A stretch of 64,000 nt of DNA, from the NCBI GenBank assembly GCA_025456425.1, contig JALOKP010000007.1:622-64621 (forward strand), read 5' to 3'. Under the pieces are notes generated by a model. It worked only from the letters and a program-made list of their open reading frames with translations, ran no database searches and was not told the origin of the DNA. A program made the translations under genes and the position numbers. This document shows, one piece after another, positions 31,476 to 40,028 of this stretch (within the stretch, counting starts at the first letter, position 1; every line of letters starts with the position of its first letter). The DNA comes from Acidobacteriota bacterium (GTDB taxonomy: Bacteria > Acidobacteriota > Polarisedimenticolia > J045).

Positions 31476-31819
31476 CGGTCTGGTCCCTTGTCGGTCACGA
31501 ACAGTGTCCGGCGCCTCCGTTCGGTGACTGGGCTCCCAGAGAACGCTCCGGTCTCCGAGGTAGTAGGAACTTGTCGCTGCGGGTCCTCAGCCTCTTCAGC
31601 AGCGATCTCCCTCGGATTGGCTTTCAGTTGTCCCGTGATCCGCGGGTCTCCCATGCCGAGCCCGCAGACGAGGACGTGACAACCGAAGTCCAGAGCCTAC
31701 GCAGCGTCGGGGATCGCCAGTCGATCGGGATGCTCGGCTGAGCAAGCGCAGCCGCCGGCCCTGGGCGAACCCTATGTTAGCATTGCCACTTCAATCCTGC
31801 TGATGGCGGAGGGGGGACC

Positions 31820-33037
31820 TTGGCGACATCAGGACCAGAGTTCTTGGCGGCAGCGCGGGATGGGGACCTCGAGGTAATCGAGGCGAGCCTCGCCAAGAAC
31901 CGCGAGCTCCTCGGCTACAAGGACAAGTGGGGGCTGTCGCCGATCCACTGGGCTGCACTGAAGGGGCAGCTGGCGGTCGTCACTCTTCTGCTCGACCAAG
32001 GGGACGATCCAAACCGCGCCTCTCCGAGCGACGACACCCGCCCCATCCACTGCGCCGCCCAAGAGGGCCACGCAGCCGTTATCCAAGTGCTACTCAAGCG
32101 TGGCGCCTCCACCGACGCGCCCGGAGGCGCCGACCGAAACACTGCCCTGCACGCCGCCGCCCGCGACGGTCACATCGAGTCAGTCGCGCTGTTGCTTGCG
32201 AGTGGAGCCGCGGTCGACCAGAAGTGCGGCGACAACGCGACGCCTCTCGAGCTCGCCTGCCGCGGCGGCCACGGGGAGATCGTGGAAAGCCTGCTCGAGG
32301 CGGGTGCCTCCGCCACGAATCAGAACTCCAAGGGTGCCACGCCTCTGCACTACGCGGCGTTCCAAGGCAGCAAGAGGATCGCTTCCGCGCTCATCGAACA
32401 CGGTGCCCAGCTGGACGTGAAAGACATTCAGGGGCGCACCCCCTTGGCGATGGCCCGCCTAGCGGGACACGGGAGCCTGTTCGAGGGGCTCCTCAGCCAG
32501 CTCGCGACCACCAATGGGCGCGACGCTGCCATCGCGGCGATGAAAGACGCCGCCCTTCCGAAATCCCGTGCCTACGGAGATGTACTCAGGGCAGCCCAGG
32601 ACCTCGGCATCGCTAGCTCAGAGAGCTGGCAGCTCGATCCGAGGGTCATGGGGTATTGCTCCGAGATCGCCGGCGCCCTCCTGCGCGACATCGTGAGCCA
32701 CCCGACGCCGCGAGGGCTAGACCTCCGTCTCATTCAGAGGGCCTTCGTGTACATCTCGTACAAGGCGTTCGAATGCGCCCTCTGCGGCGATATCGAGGCG
32801 TCTGAGCCCTACCGCTCCGAGGACCTCCTCAAGGGACCGCACTACGTGAACCTGGATCCCAGCCAGATTGGCGACGCTGAGGACGTCGAGGAATCGGCGC
32901 TCCGGCTCTTCGACGCGTTCCAGCAGCGATGCGTCGCCCTAGCGAACGCGGGCGAGCGGATGGACGTCATGCAGGAAGTCTGGGACGCATTGAGAGCCGC
33001 AGGCATCATCGCGGCGCAAGCAGCCAGACACTCGTAG
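31820..33037 (+). CDS. Ankyrin-repeat protein (about 6 ANK repeats) with an uncharacterised roughly 190-aa C-terminal domain
   Basis: TTG 31820 follows a ggagggggg SD. Repeats such as GLSPIHWAALKGQLAVVTLLLDQGDDPN, NTALHAAARDGHIESVALLLASGAAVD and ATPLHYAAFQGSKRIASALIEHGAQLD are present. Confidence 0.85.
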   Translation: MATSGPEFLAAARDGDLEVIEASLAKNRELLGYKDKWGLSPIHWAALKGQLAVVTLLLDQGDDPNRASPSDDTRPIHCAAQEGHAAVIQVLLKRGASTDAPGGADRNTALHAAARDGHIESVALLLASGAAVDQKCGDNATPLELACRGGHGEIVESLLEAGASATNQNSKGATPLHYAAFQGSKRIASALIEHGAQLDVKDIQGRTPLAMARLAGHGSLFEGLLSQLATTNGRDAAIAAMKDAALPKSRAYGDVLRAAQDLGIASSESWQLDPRVMGYCSEIAGALLRDIVSHPTPRGLDLRLIQRAFVYISYKAFECALCGDIEASEPYRSEDLLKGPHYVNLDPSQIGDAEDVEESALRLFDAFQQRCVALANAGERMDVMQEVWDALRAAGIIAAQAARHS

Positions 33038-33272
33038 TCGCTAATCTGCCGAAGGTGGGGAGCAACATGCCAGGTGGTTCGCCGCCTTCTACCCCACGTT
33101 CCGCACATCTCGGGACCGTCTCTGGCGGATCTCACGGGGCGCGACCAGTTCCGACCGACGTATTCGTGGAACGCCGCCGCCGAACAGACCCGCGCCGGGG
33201 AATCCGCCGCACACGACCATGAGATCAGCGGAAAGAGAGTCCGGAATCCGAGGCGACTGGCAATTCGCTCTG

Positions 33273-33836
33273 CTATTGATCAGGCAAGATCCGCTGCAGT
33301 AGTTCCTCCGCTTGCCGTTCATCTACGTTCGACAGAAGCGTAACCTCGCCGAGCGCGCCCTCGACATCACCCAAGGCGAGATAGCAGTCGGCAGCGCCGC
33401 GGAGTGCCTTGGCATAGCCGGGCTGGAGTGCAGATGCACTCCGGTATGCACCAAGCGCCTCGGCGTACCGCTGCTGAGCGAAGAGGGCGTTTCCGAGATT
33501 GCAGTGCCCGCGGGCGAAGGTGGGATCTGCGGCTACGGCCTGGGAGAACGTATTAGCCGCAGCGGCGAAGCGCCCCGAGTCAAACTGGACGATCCCGAGG
33601 TTGTTCAGGGCCTGAATGTAGTCTGGGCGCAGCGCCACAGCGCGGCCGAGTGCGGTCTCAGCATTCTCGGATTGGTTCAACTTCATGAGACAACAGCCGA
33701 CAATGTAGTGCAGCTCGGGAAGCGTGTCGTCTAGCAGGAGGGCCGAACGACATGCTGCGATCGCCCCTGGGTAGTCACCTACAGCCTCGCGATGAATGGC
33801 CTCGTGGACGAGCTGTTGGAGTTCTGGATTCGGCAT
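33273..33836 (-). CDS. TPR-repeat protein
   Basis: ATG 33836 follows a gggaga SD. GDYPGAIAACRSALLLDDTLPELHYIVGCCLMKLNQSENAETALGRAVALRPDYIQALNNLGIV... gives 4-5 TPR units. Confidence 0.8.
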   Translation of the reverse strand: MPNPELQQLVHEAIHREAVGDYPGAIAACRSALLLDDTLPELHYIVGCCLMKLNQSENAETALGRAVALRPDYIQALNNLGIVQFDSGRFAAAANTFSQAVAADPTFARGHCNLGNALFAQQRYAEALGAYRSASALQPGYAKALRGAADCYLALGDVEGALGEVTLLSNVDERQAEELLQRILPDQ

Positions 33837-33895
33837 CGTCGGGTTCTCCCATTGATCCTGCGTTGCACTACCAGGCGCGGGCCTCGCTGTTGTGC

Positions 33896-34885
33896 CTAGC
33901 TCGCGCGGTACACATGCTGGCGATGCCAGTCGATCGCCTCGAGGCTGGGGCGGCACGAGCTGCGCGTCGGCGGGGTCAGTGCCTGCTGGTGGTATTCCTC
34001 GAGATCGAACCTCTCCCGCTTGGCGCGAGAGACCGCGGGGCTGACCATGACCTCCAGCGACTCGGTGACGCAGAACAGGCCGCGATCGAAGGCCCAGTGG
34101 TGTCGGCGGCAGAGCGAGAGCCCGTTGCGCGGGTCGTCCGGTCCGCCCTGACCGACGCCAATGATGTGGGCTGCCTCCGCCTCGACCAGCGTCTCGGAGG
34201 CTTCGCGCAACAGGAACATCGATTGGCAGACGCTGCACTGATGCCTGTACTCCTCTAGCACCATGCGCTGGAAGGCCTGCTCGCGCGCCGCCCGGCTGGC
34301 GACGTATCGGACGCGGGGTTCGCCGACCTGGAATGGGAGGATCAGGCCGTTGCGCAGGTCGACCTCCTCCAGATCGACGTCGGAGGAGGTTGCCGGCCGG
34401 AGGGCGTCGGCGACCGCCGCCGTGCAGCCCTTGAGGAGGAAGTGCCTTGTTGCCGGCTCATAGCCCGCGACGATGGCGAGGCCCAGGAGGCGGTACCGAG
34501 CGCCACCTGGCGTCTTCGGAGGCTTAGTGGTGACGATGACGAGGATCGGGACGCGATCTTGCATGCAGGCGAAGAGCGCCTTGTTGACGCCGACATCGAG
34601 CCGACCGCGCATCGGGGCGTACCGCATGTCCCAGGTGCCGTTCGGGCCTTGTTCGAAGGTGTCCGGGTAGGCCTCCTCCCGGGCCCCAGCGGCAGACCGG
34701 CTCCAGACGCTGAGGACGTACGGGGAGTCCTTCGGCTTGTAGATCCCCTGGATTAGGGAGTGGATCATCGGGAGGCCGGCCCCCGGGCACTGCGCCTGCG
34801 TGTCCTTGAGGAACGCGGCAGTCTGGTCGGTCCCGAAGTACCGCGAGAGAAACAGAAGCGAGCGAGCGCGTTCGTCGACCGTCAC
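33896..34885 (-). CDS. HNH endonuclease with an N-terminal putative DNA-binding (SRA/YDG-like?) domain; type IV restriction-like
   Basis: 329 aa. The C-terminus YRHQCSVCQ...EAAHIIGVGQGGPDDPRNGLSLCRRHHWAFDRGLF is an HNH_2-type motif. The N-terminus GIYKPKDSPYVLSVWSRSAAG..YPDTF...WDMRY...VPILVIV resembles modified-base reader modules. The GTG start at 34885 lacks a clear SD, so the start is uncertain. Confidence 0.7.
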   Translation of the reverse strand: MTVDERARSLLFLSRYFGTDQTAAFLKDTQAQCPGAGLPMIHSLIQGIYKPKDSPYVLSVWSRSAAGAREEAYPDTFEQGPNGTWDMRYAPMRGRLDVGVNKALFACMQDRVPILVIVTTKPPKTPGGARYRLLGLAIVAGYEPATRHFLLKGCTAAVADALRPATSSDVDLEEVDLRNGLILPFQVGEPRVRYVASRAAREQAFQRMVLEEYRHQCSVCQSMFLLREASETLVEAEAAHIIGVGQGGPDDPRNGLSLCRRHHWAFDRGLFCVTESLEVMVSPAVSRAKRERFDLEEYHQQALTPPTRSSCRPSLEAIDWHRQHVYRAS

Positions 34886-35177
34886 CGGGGGGCCACCCAG
34901 AGGGAGACTTCATCGTACCGAACCCGGGGCGCGGCGGGAAGAGGCCGTCACTGCCGCGAATCCCTGGCCTGCCCTGACGCGAATCCGGCCGCAAGCAGCC
35001 AATCTTCCCACTCTGGCGATATCGTGCGAAGGGGGAACCGCCGCGAAGGGCGACGCGCCTACCGCCACTCCTCCAGTGCTCGGTGACAGGTCGATTGCCA
35101 TACATCCCATTCCTGCCGGTCTAGTGCTGCACACTCTGAGAGTCGATCCACTGAAAGTAAGCGAGTCTGATCCGTAA

Positions 35178-35375
35178 GCCCTCGCTGGAGGACTGCCCTA
35201 CTCCACGTGCTGCCACACGTTCCGAGCCACGGGTATCACCGCCTACCTCGGAAACGGCGGCACCATCGAGAACGCCCAGGCCATCGCCGTGCACCAGTCG
35301 CCCCGAACGGCCGAACTCCACGACCGCACGTCCGACGAAATCACGCTCGACGAAATCGAGCGCATCGTCATCTAG
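35178..35375 (+). pseudogene. 3'-terminal remnant of a tyrosine recombinase/integrase gene
   Basis: The frame opens just after TAA at 35175. Translation ALAGGLPYSTCCHTFRATGITAYLGNGGTIENAQAIAVHQSPRTAELHDRTSDEITLDEIERIVI* is the conserved integrase C-terminus (HxFRATGIT...ESPRTT.LYDR..DEi.LDEiERI). The catalytic Tyr position reads His, and no upstream catalytic domain is present. Confidence 0.7.
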
Positions 35376-36310
35376 ACGGCCTTCTTCACCAACCGGAACA
35401 GGTCCGCGAGCCGCGCCTCCCAGTGCTGCACGTGAATGAGCCGCGCCTTGTGGAGCTTCGCATCCAACAACTCGGCCTTCGTCAACTTCGACAGCGACTC
35501 CCAGTCTCTTTCCAGAACGTACGTCGCGTTCCCGTACCGCGTGCACTCCAGAACGAACAGACTCCGCGCCGGAAAACCGAAAATGACGTACCCGGCGAAG
35601 CCACCGTTGCCGACCGCTGTGAACTCCGGGCCGTACCCGTTCACGGTTTCGAGCCGATGCTCGACCACCGGGCGATTCCCGGCCTTCTGCACGTCGACAA
35701 CGTTCTGGAGCAGCGGCTTCAAGCGTTCCCAGGGCTGCCGTCCCGGCGGCAGCACCCGCCAGTTCAGCCGCATCGTCGAAAGAACACCCGCTGGCCGCAA
35801 CCTCTCGTCGAGAACATCGCACACGCCGAACAGTTCGAGCATCAAGTTGACGTGCAACAGCAAGCGCTCCCCGCGCTGCACGTCGACCACCGCGGCGGGC
35901 GTTGCCACCGCGCGCCTCCCGTCCGCAAGTTCGATGACCTGTAACTCGACGCTCGGCGGCGGCACTGGAGTCCGCGGGTACCGTCGGTACGGAACGTCGA
36001 CGATGTCCGTCACCTCGACCTTGTCTTTGCCGTGCCACTGGAAATACGTCCACTCGCGCTGTCGGTAGCACGTCTCCATTTCCTGGTCGCGGTGGACGAG
36101 CAGCCGCCCCTCCGCGTTGAACCGCGACACGGGACCGACCACCGACGGCAGCACCTTCTCACCCGGTTTCGCATCGGGCGTGAAGCCCGCCTTTCTCAAC
36201 CGCGCGGCGGGGACCTCGTCGACTGGCACTGCGGCAAAGACCCGCGCGCCAGGTGCCACGCCGATGAAATTCGCTTCCACACTCCTGATTCGCTTCTTCT
36301 CGATTCGCAT
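35372..36310 (-). CDS. Hypothetical protein (312 aa), no recognisable domain
   Basis: ATG 36310 lies 8 nt after an aaggag SD. The composition is coding-like (MRIEKKRIRSVEANFIGV...GNATYVLERDWESLSKLTKAELLDAKLHKARLIHVQHWEARLADLF). It lies 13 nt downstream of the DUF2188 gene. Confidence 0.7.
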   Translation of the reverse strand: MRIEKKRIRSVEANFIGVAPGARVFAAVPVDEVPAARLRKAGFTPDAKPGEKVLPSVVGPVSRFNAEGRLLVHRDQEMETCYRQREWTYFQWHGKDKVEVTDIVDVPYRRYPRTPVPPPSVELQVIELADGRRAVATPAAVVDVQRGERLLLHVNLMLELFGVCDVLDERLRPAGVLSTMRLNWRVLPPGRQPWERLKPLLQNVVDVQKAGNRPVVEHRLETVNGYGPEFTAVGNGGFAGYVIFGFPARSLFVLECTRYGNATYVLERDWESLSKLTKAELLDAKLHKARLIHVQHWEARLADLFRLVKKAV

Positions 36311-36323
36311 CCGTTCATCTCCT

Positions 36324-36557
36324 TCAGTGCCGCGTGTCACGCGGCGGGTTCGGGGCGTTGCCGTAACTGTCTTTGTCGCGGATGACGCCCTCGCGGTTGT
36401 GAATGACGACTTCCGACCGCGCGCGCTCCGCAAGATCGCGCGCCCGTTCGATTGCTTCGCGTTGTGTGTCGTGGACCGAGGTCGCGCGCTCGTTCCCCGC
36501 ATCCTTCACCGCCCACCGCCCCTCATGCGGCACCACGTGTTGATTCTTCTTTCCCAT
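36324..36557 (-). CDS. DUF2188-domain small protein
   Basis: 77 aa with a strong SD (aggagga). MGKKNQHVVPHEGRWAVKDAGNERATSVHDTQREAIERARDLAERARSEVVIHNREGVIRDKDSYG matches the DUF2188 pattern. Confidence 0.8.
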   Translation of the reverse strand: MGKKNQHVVPHEGRWAVKDAGNERATSVHDTQREAIERARDLAERARSEVVIHNREGVIRDKDSYGNAPNPPRDTRH

Positions 36558-36669
36558 CGTTTCCTCCTGGACCGTCCTGCGGCCCGTCTGTTTTCTTCAT
36601 TCGCTCCACGCGCCAGCACAGTACTCGTTCACTGTAAGCGGACGACGCGTACACGCTTCGCAAAAAAAA

Positions 36670-37377
36670 TCACAGCACTCCCTGCACGCTCTCCGGGAAC
36701 AGAGCCTCCAGCCTGTACGTCACAACCACCTTGTTGACGTCGAACACCCTCGCCAGCTCGCGCGCTGCCAGGTCCCGCTTCCCCGCCGCCACCGTTTCGA
36801 GGCCCATGCTCCCGACCGGGACGACGAACTCGGCCGCGGCTTCGCGCACCAGTTTCCGTGGCAGCAGCAGGCAGGACATCACTTGATTCGCCTGATACTC
36901 GGCCCACGCGCCGTGGTACTTCCGCTGCCCGTCGCCGGGTCCCACGGAACCCGCGCGGCACAGCACCCGCGGCCGCGTCGGGTCGGCCCAATCACCGAAA
37001 CTCCCCTGCTCGACCTCCTCAAGCGCGATGAGGTGTCCCTGGCAGAGTCCATGCCCCCCCTCGTGCGCCAGAGTCGTGCGCACGCGCCGCTCGCTCGACT
37101 CGGTCGCTTCCTCGGCGAGCGTGCGCGAGACCAACACCGCCGCGACTCCCTCTTTCCCGAAGACCGTCGCGCCGAGCACTTCGGCCGGCAGGTAATCGAC
37201 GAAATCAGGCGTGACCCGGAACTTCTTCTCGATGAACCGCTCGATTCGAATCGGCTCGGGAGACGACGGGTAGAGCCCGACTTCCCGGAGAGCGTCCTCC
37301 GACAGGCGCTCAAATTCCTCCTTCGAGTAGAAGGGCGTCTCCTTGAACTGGCCGCCCGGTCGGTATCGCGTCCTCAT
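36670..37377 (-). CDS. ImmA/IrrE-family (DUF955) zinc metallopeptidase
   Basis: 235 aa. HExxH lies in RVRTTLAHEGGHGLC. The gene shows an ATGA overlap with the upstream XRE gene, the classic XRE-ImmA pairing. Confidence 0.75.
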   Translation of the reverse strand: MRTRYRPGGQFKETPFYSKEEFERLSEDALREVGLYPSSPEPIRIERFIEKKFRVTPDFVDYLPAEVLGATVFGKEGVAAVLVSRTLAEEATESSERRVRTTLAHEGGHGLCQGHLIALEEVEQGSFGDWADPTRPRVLCRAGSVGPGDGQRKYHGAWAEYQANQVMSCLLLPRKLVREAAAEFVVPVGSMGLETVAAGKRDLAARELARVFDVNKVVVTYRLEALFPESVQGVL

Positions 37378-37721
37378 TTGCCGCCCTTCTTCTTCGCGAT
37401 TTCCTCCAACGCCTTCGACAACGCCTCGCCGCTGACCTTGTCGCCCACCAGCCGTCGAAGCGCAACGGCGAACTGCGGGTCCAGCGCCCCGCGCCGCCGG
37501 AGGTCCTCAACCGGTGGCCGCGGGTCGAGCGCCCGCAACTCCTCGACCGGCGTCCGGAGCGCCTTCGCCAGCTTCGTGAGCACATCCTCCGAGGGGTAAC
37601 GACGCCCCAGCTCGATATCCGAGAGAAAAGGCGCCGACACGTCCAGCACCTTCGCGAGGTCGCGAAGTGAAAGGTCGCGGGCCTGCCGCAGTTCTCGGAT
37701 GGTTTCTCCGAAGGTCTTCAC
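37374..37721 (-). CDS. XRE-family helix-turn-helix transcriptional regulator
   Basis: 115 aa. FGETIRELRQARDLSLRDLAKVLDVSAPFLSDIELGRRYPS is a canonical HTH_3 sequence. Confidence 0.85.
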   Translation of the reverse strand: MKTFGETIRELRQARDLSLRDLAKVLDVSAPFLSDIELGRRYPSEDVLTKLAKALRTPVEELRALDPRPPVEDLRRRGALDPQFAVALRRLVGDKVSGEALSKALEEIAKKKGGK

Positions 37722-37727
37722 GCTGTA

Positions 37728-37757
37728 AGCTTACCATGTACGGAAGCCTTCATGCAA
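37728..37757 (-). promoter_or_regulatory. Candidate promoter TTGCAT-N18-TAAGCT ending 6 nt before the XRE GTG (possible leaderless mRNA)
   Basis: Read on the minus strand: ttgcat gaaggcttccgtacatgg taagct tacagc GTG. Confidence 0.3.
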
Positions 37758-37949
37758 CAGACGATTGGCCCCCCCTCGCCATCTCTCCTAACCTGTTGCA
37801 CTGCGCCACTTTACTGTCGCAAGATAGCCTCTCATGAACACTCCCGGGGGACGCGCCACTCATCGAATAGCGAACGGGCCTTCTAACGCGGGGCCCCTCC
37901 ACCATCGCCGAACGTCACACCGCCAAGCGCCGAGGGGGGCAACCCGACC

Positions 37950-40028
37950 GTGACAAAGACATCCGATTCTGGCGCGACCTACGGCCCGCACAACCCGCAC
38001 CCGCTCTCCACTCGGCGCACTGAACTCGTCTGGGAAGGGAAGTACGACGAGCACGGCAACCGCCGTGAATTCGACGTTGCTGCCCTCGCGATGCCCATGC
38101 AGCGCATCGAGACAATCGACCAACCGCGGAGCGAAGCCGCGGCGCGCGGTCAGCTCGCCCTCTTCGAGAAGAAGACCACGCGCGTCGACGACTTCCGTAA
38201 CCGCCTCGTGTGGGGAGATAACAAGCTCGTCACGGCCGGGCTGCTTCGAGACTTCAAGGGTTCCATCGACCTCGTCTACATCGACCCGCCCTTCGACATC
38301 GGCGCCGACTTCTCCATGAATGTCCAAGTCGGTGACGAGAACGACCTCGTTGAGAAGGACCAATCGACACTGGAGATGGTCGCCTACCGCGACACGTGGG
38401 GACGAGGGACGGACTCCTACCTGCAGATGCTCGCCGAGCGCATCGCCACCATGCGGGACCTCCTCTCGCCGACGGGTAGCATCTACGTGCATGTCGGTTG
38501 GGCCGTCTCACACCTCGTGAAGCTCGTTCTTGACGACATCTTTGGCGCTGAGCGCTTTCTGAACCAGCTCATTTGGAAGCGCCAGACTGCGCACAGCGAC
38601 ATCGGGCAGGGTTCCAGGCACCTAGGCCGCATTCACGACGTTATTCTCCTGTACACAAAGGGCGAGCACTTCGCCTGGAATATGCAGTACCAACCCTACT
38701 CGGAAGAATACATCCGCGATTTCTACAAACACGTAGAGCCAGAGTCGGGCCGCCGTTATCGCCTGAGCGACACGACTGGACCAGGCGGCGCCACGAAGGG
38801 AAACCCCCGGTATGAATTCCTCGGCGTAACAAGATTCTGGCGCTTCAAGCAGGAGCGGATGCTGGAGCTGTACCAGCAGGGGCGAATTGTTCAAACGCGC
38901 CCCGGAACGGTTCCACAGCAGAAGCGCTATCTCGACGAAATGCCCGGTGTCCCACTCCAAGACCTCTGGTTCGACATCCCCACCGTTCAACCCCAGGCCG
39001 CGGAACGCACGGGTTACGAAACGCAGAAGCCCGAGGCGTTGATAGAGCGCATCATCACTTTGAGCAGCAACCCCGGTGACCTCGTGGCCGATTTCTTTTG
39101 CGGAAGTGGCACTACCGGCGCCGTTGCGGAACGCCTTGGCCGCCGCTGGCTCATGGCCGACCTCGGCCGCTTCGCCATCCACACGTCGCGTAAGCGCCTC
39201 ATCGACTTGCAGCGCGAGCTTCACAACGAAGCCAAGCCCTACCGCGCTTTTGATGTCTACAACCTCGGGCGCTACGAGCGCCAATGGTGGCAGCGCGAGA
39301 CGCTGAAAGGCGCCGACGAGGAACACCGGCGCGTCGTGCTGGAGTTCTTCAAGGCCGAGATTCTCGACCCCTCGCGCGCCCCGTCCCCCCTCATTCACGG
39401 TCGGAAAGGGCCCGCCCTCTGCCACGTCGACAGCATCGACTCCGTCTTCACGCGCGATGAGGCCACACGCGTCGCCAAGGCGGCGAGCGCCGCGGGGGCG
39501 CGCGACTGCTACTGCCTCGCGTGGGAGTTCGAGATGGACCTCCGCCTCACCACCGCAGCGCTGGAGAAGGAACTCGCCGTTGCGCTTAAGCTTGTACAAA
39601 TCCCGCGCGAAATCATGGAGAAGAACAGGAAGAGCCCCCCGCCCTTCCTCGAAATGGCCGTCCTCAAGGCGGACGCCGTTGTCCACGCCCCGAAACAGAA
39701 GGGCGACCTGCCCTCCGTCGACATCAAGCTCACGAAGTTCCTGCCCTCGCTCGCCGAGGTCCCGAGCGAGGAACTCGAAGCCATCAAGGAACGGGCGATG
39801 AAGAGCGGCTTCGACTTCGTCGACTTCTGGGCCATCGACTTCGATTGGCACCCGGACCAGCCGTTCAATCACCACTGGCAAGACTACCGCACGCGCAAGG
39901 ACCGCTCGCTCAAGACCGTCAGCGACGCCGGGTTCGTGTACCCGAAGAAGGGCACGTACACCGCGTGCGTCAAGGTTGTCGACACGTTCGGCTGCGACAC
40001 CAGCGTCACGGTGGAGGTGCACGTATGA
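37950..40028 (+). CDS. mod: Type III restriction-modification N6-adenine DNA methyltransferase (Mod) with a C-terminal Ig/PKD-like tail
   Basis: 692 aa with GTG start after a gagggggg SD. Motif IV is LVYIDPPF and motif I is DFFCGSGTTGAVAERLGRRW. The tail reads GTYTACVKVVDTFGCDTSVTVEVHV. Confidence 0.9.
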   Translation: MTKTSDSGATYGPHNPHPLSTRRTELVWEGKYDEHGNRREFDVAALAMPMQRIETIDQPRSEAAARGQLALFEKKTTRVDDFRNRLVWGDNKLVTAGLLRDFKGSIDLVYIDPPFDIGADFSMNVQVGDENDLVEKDQSTLEMVAYRDTWGRGTDSYLQMLAERIATMRDLLSPTGSIYVHVGWAVSHLVKLVLDDIFGAERFLNQLIWKRQTAHSDIGQGSRHLGRIHDVILLYTKGEHFAWNMQYQPYSEEYIRDFYKHVEPESGRRYRLSDTTGPGGATKGNPRYEFLGVTRFWRFKQERMLELYQQGRIVQTRPGTVPQQKRYLDEMPGVPLQDLWFDIPTVQPQAAERTGYETQKPEALIERIITLSSNPGDLVADFFCGSGTTGAVAERLGRRWLMADLGRFAIHTSRKRLIDLQRELHNEAKPYRAFDVYNLGRYERQWWQRETLKGADEEHRRVVLEFFKAEILDPSRAPSPLIHGRKGPALCHVDSIDSVFTRDEATRVAKAASAAGARDCYCLAWEFEMDLRLTTAALEKELAVALKLVQIPREIMEKNRKSPPPFLEMAVLKADAVVHAPKQKGDLPSVDIKLTKFLPSLAEVPSEELEAIKERAMKSGFDFVDFWAIDFDWHPDQPFNHHWQDYRTRKDRSLKTVSDAGFVYPKKGTYTACVKVVDTFGCDTSVTVEVHV

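Noticed and set aside
31178-31654. 158-aa minus-strand ORF overlapping the 3' half of the PD-(D/E)xK-like gene and the following spacer.
   Set aside because: It overlaps a better-supported gene, has no SD or motif, and has an Arg/Ser-rich shadow-like C-terminus.
36661-36668. A8 run (T8 on the minus strand) immediately after the ImmA stop, considered as an intrinsic terminator separating ImmA from the DUF2188 gene.
   Set aside because: No convincing GC-rich hairpin precedes the T-run on the minus strand, so I cannot decide from this alone whether the four genes form one operon.
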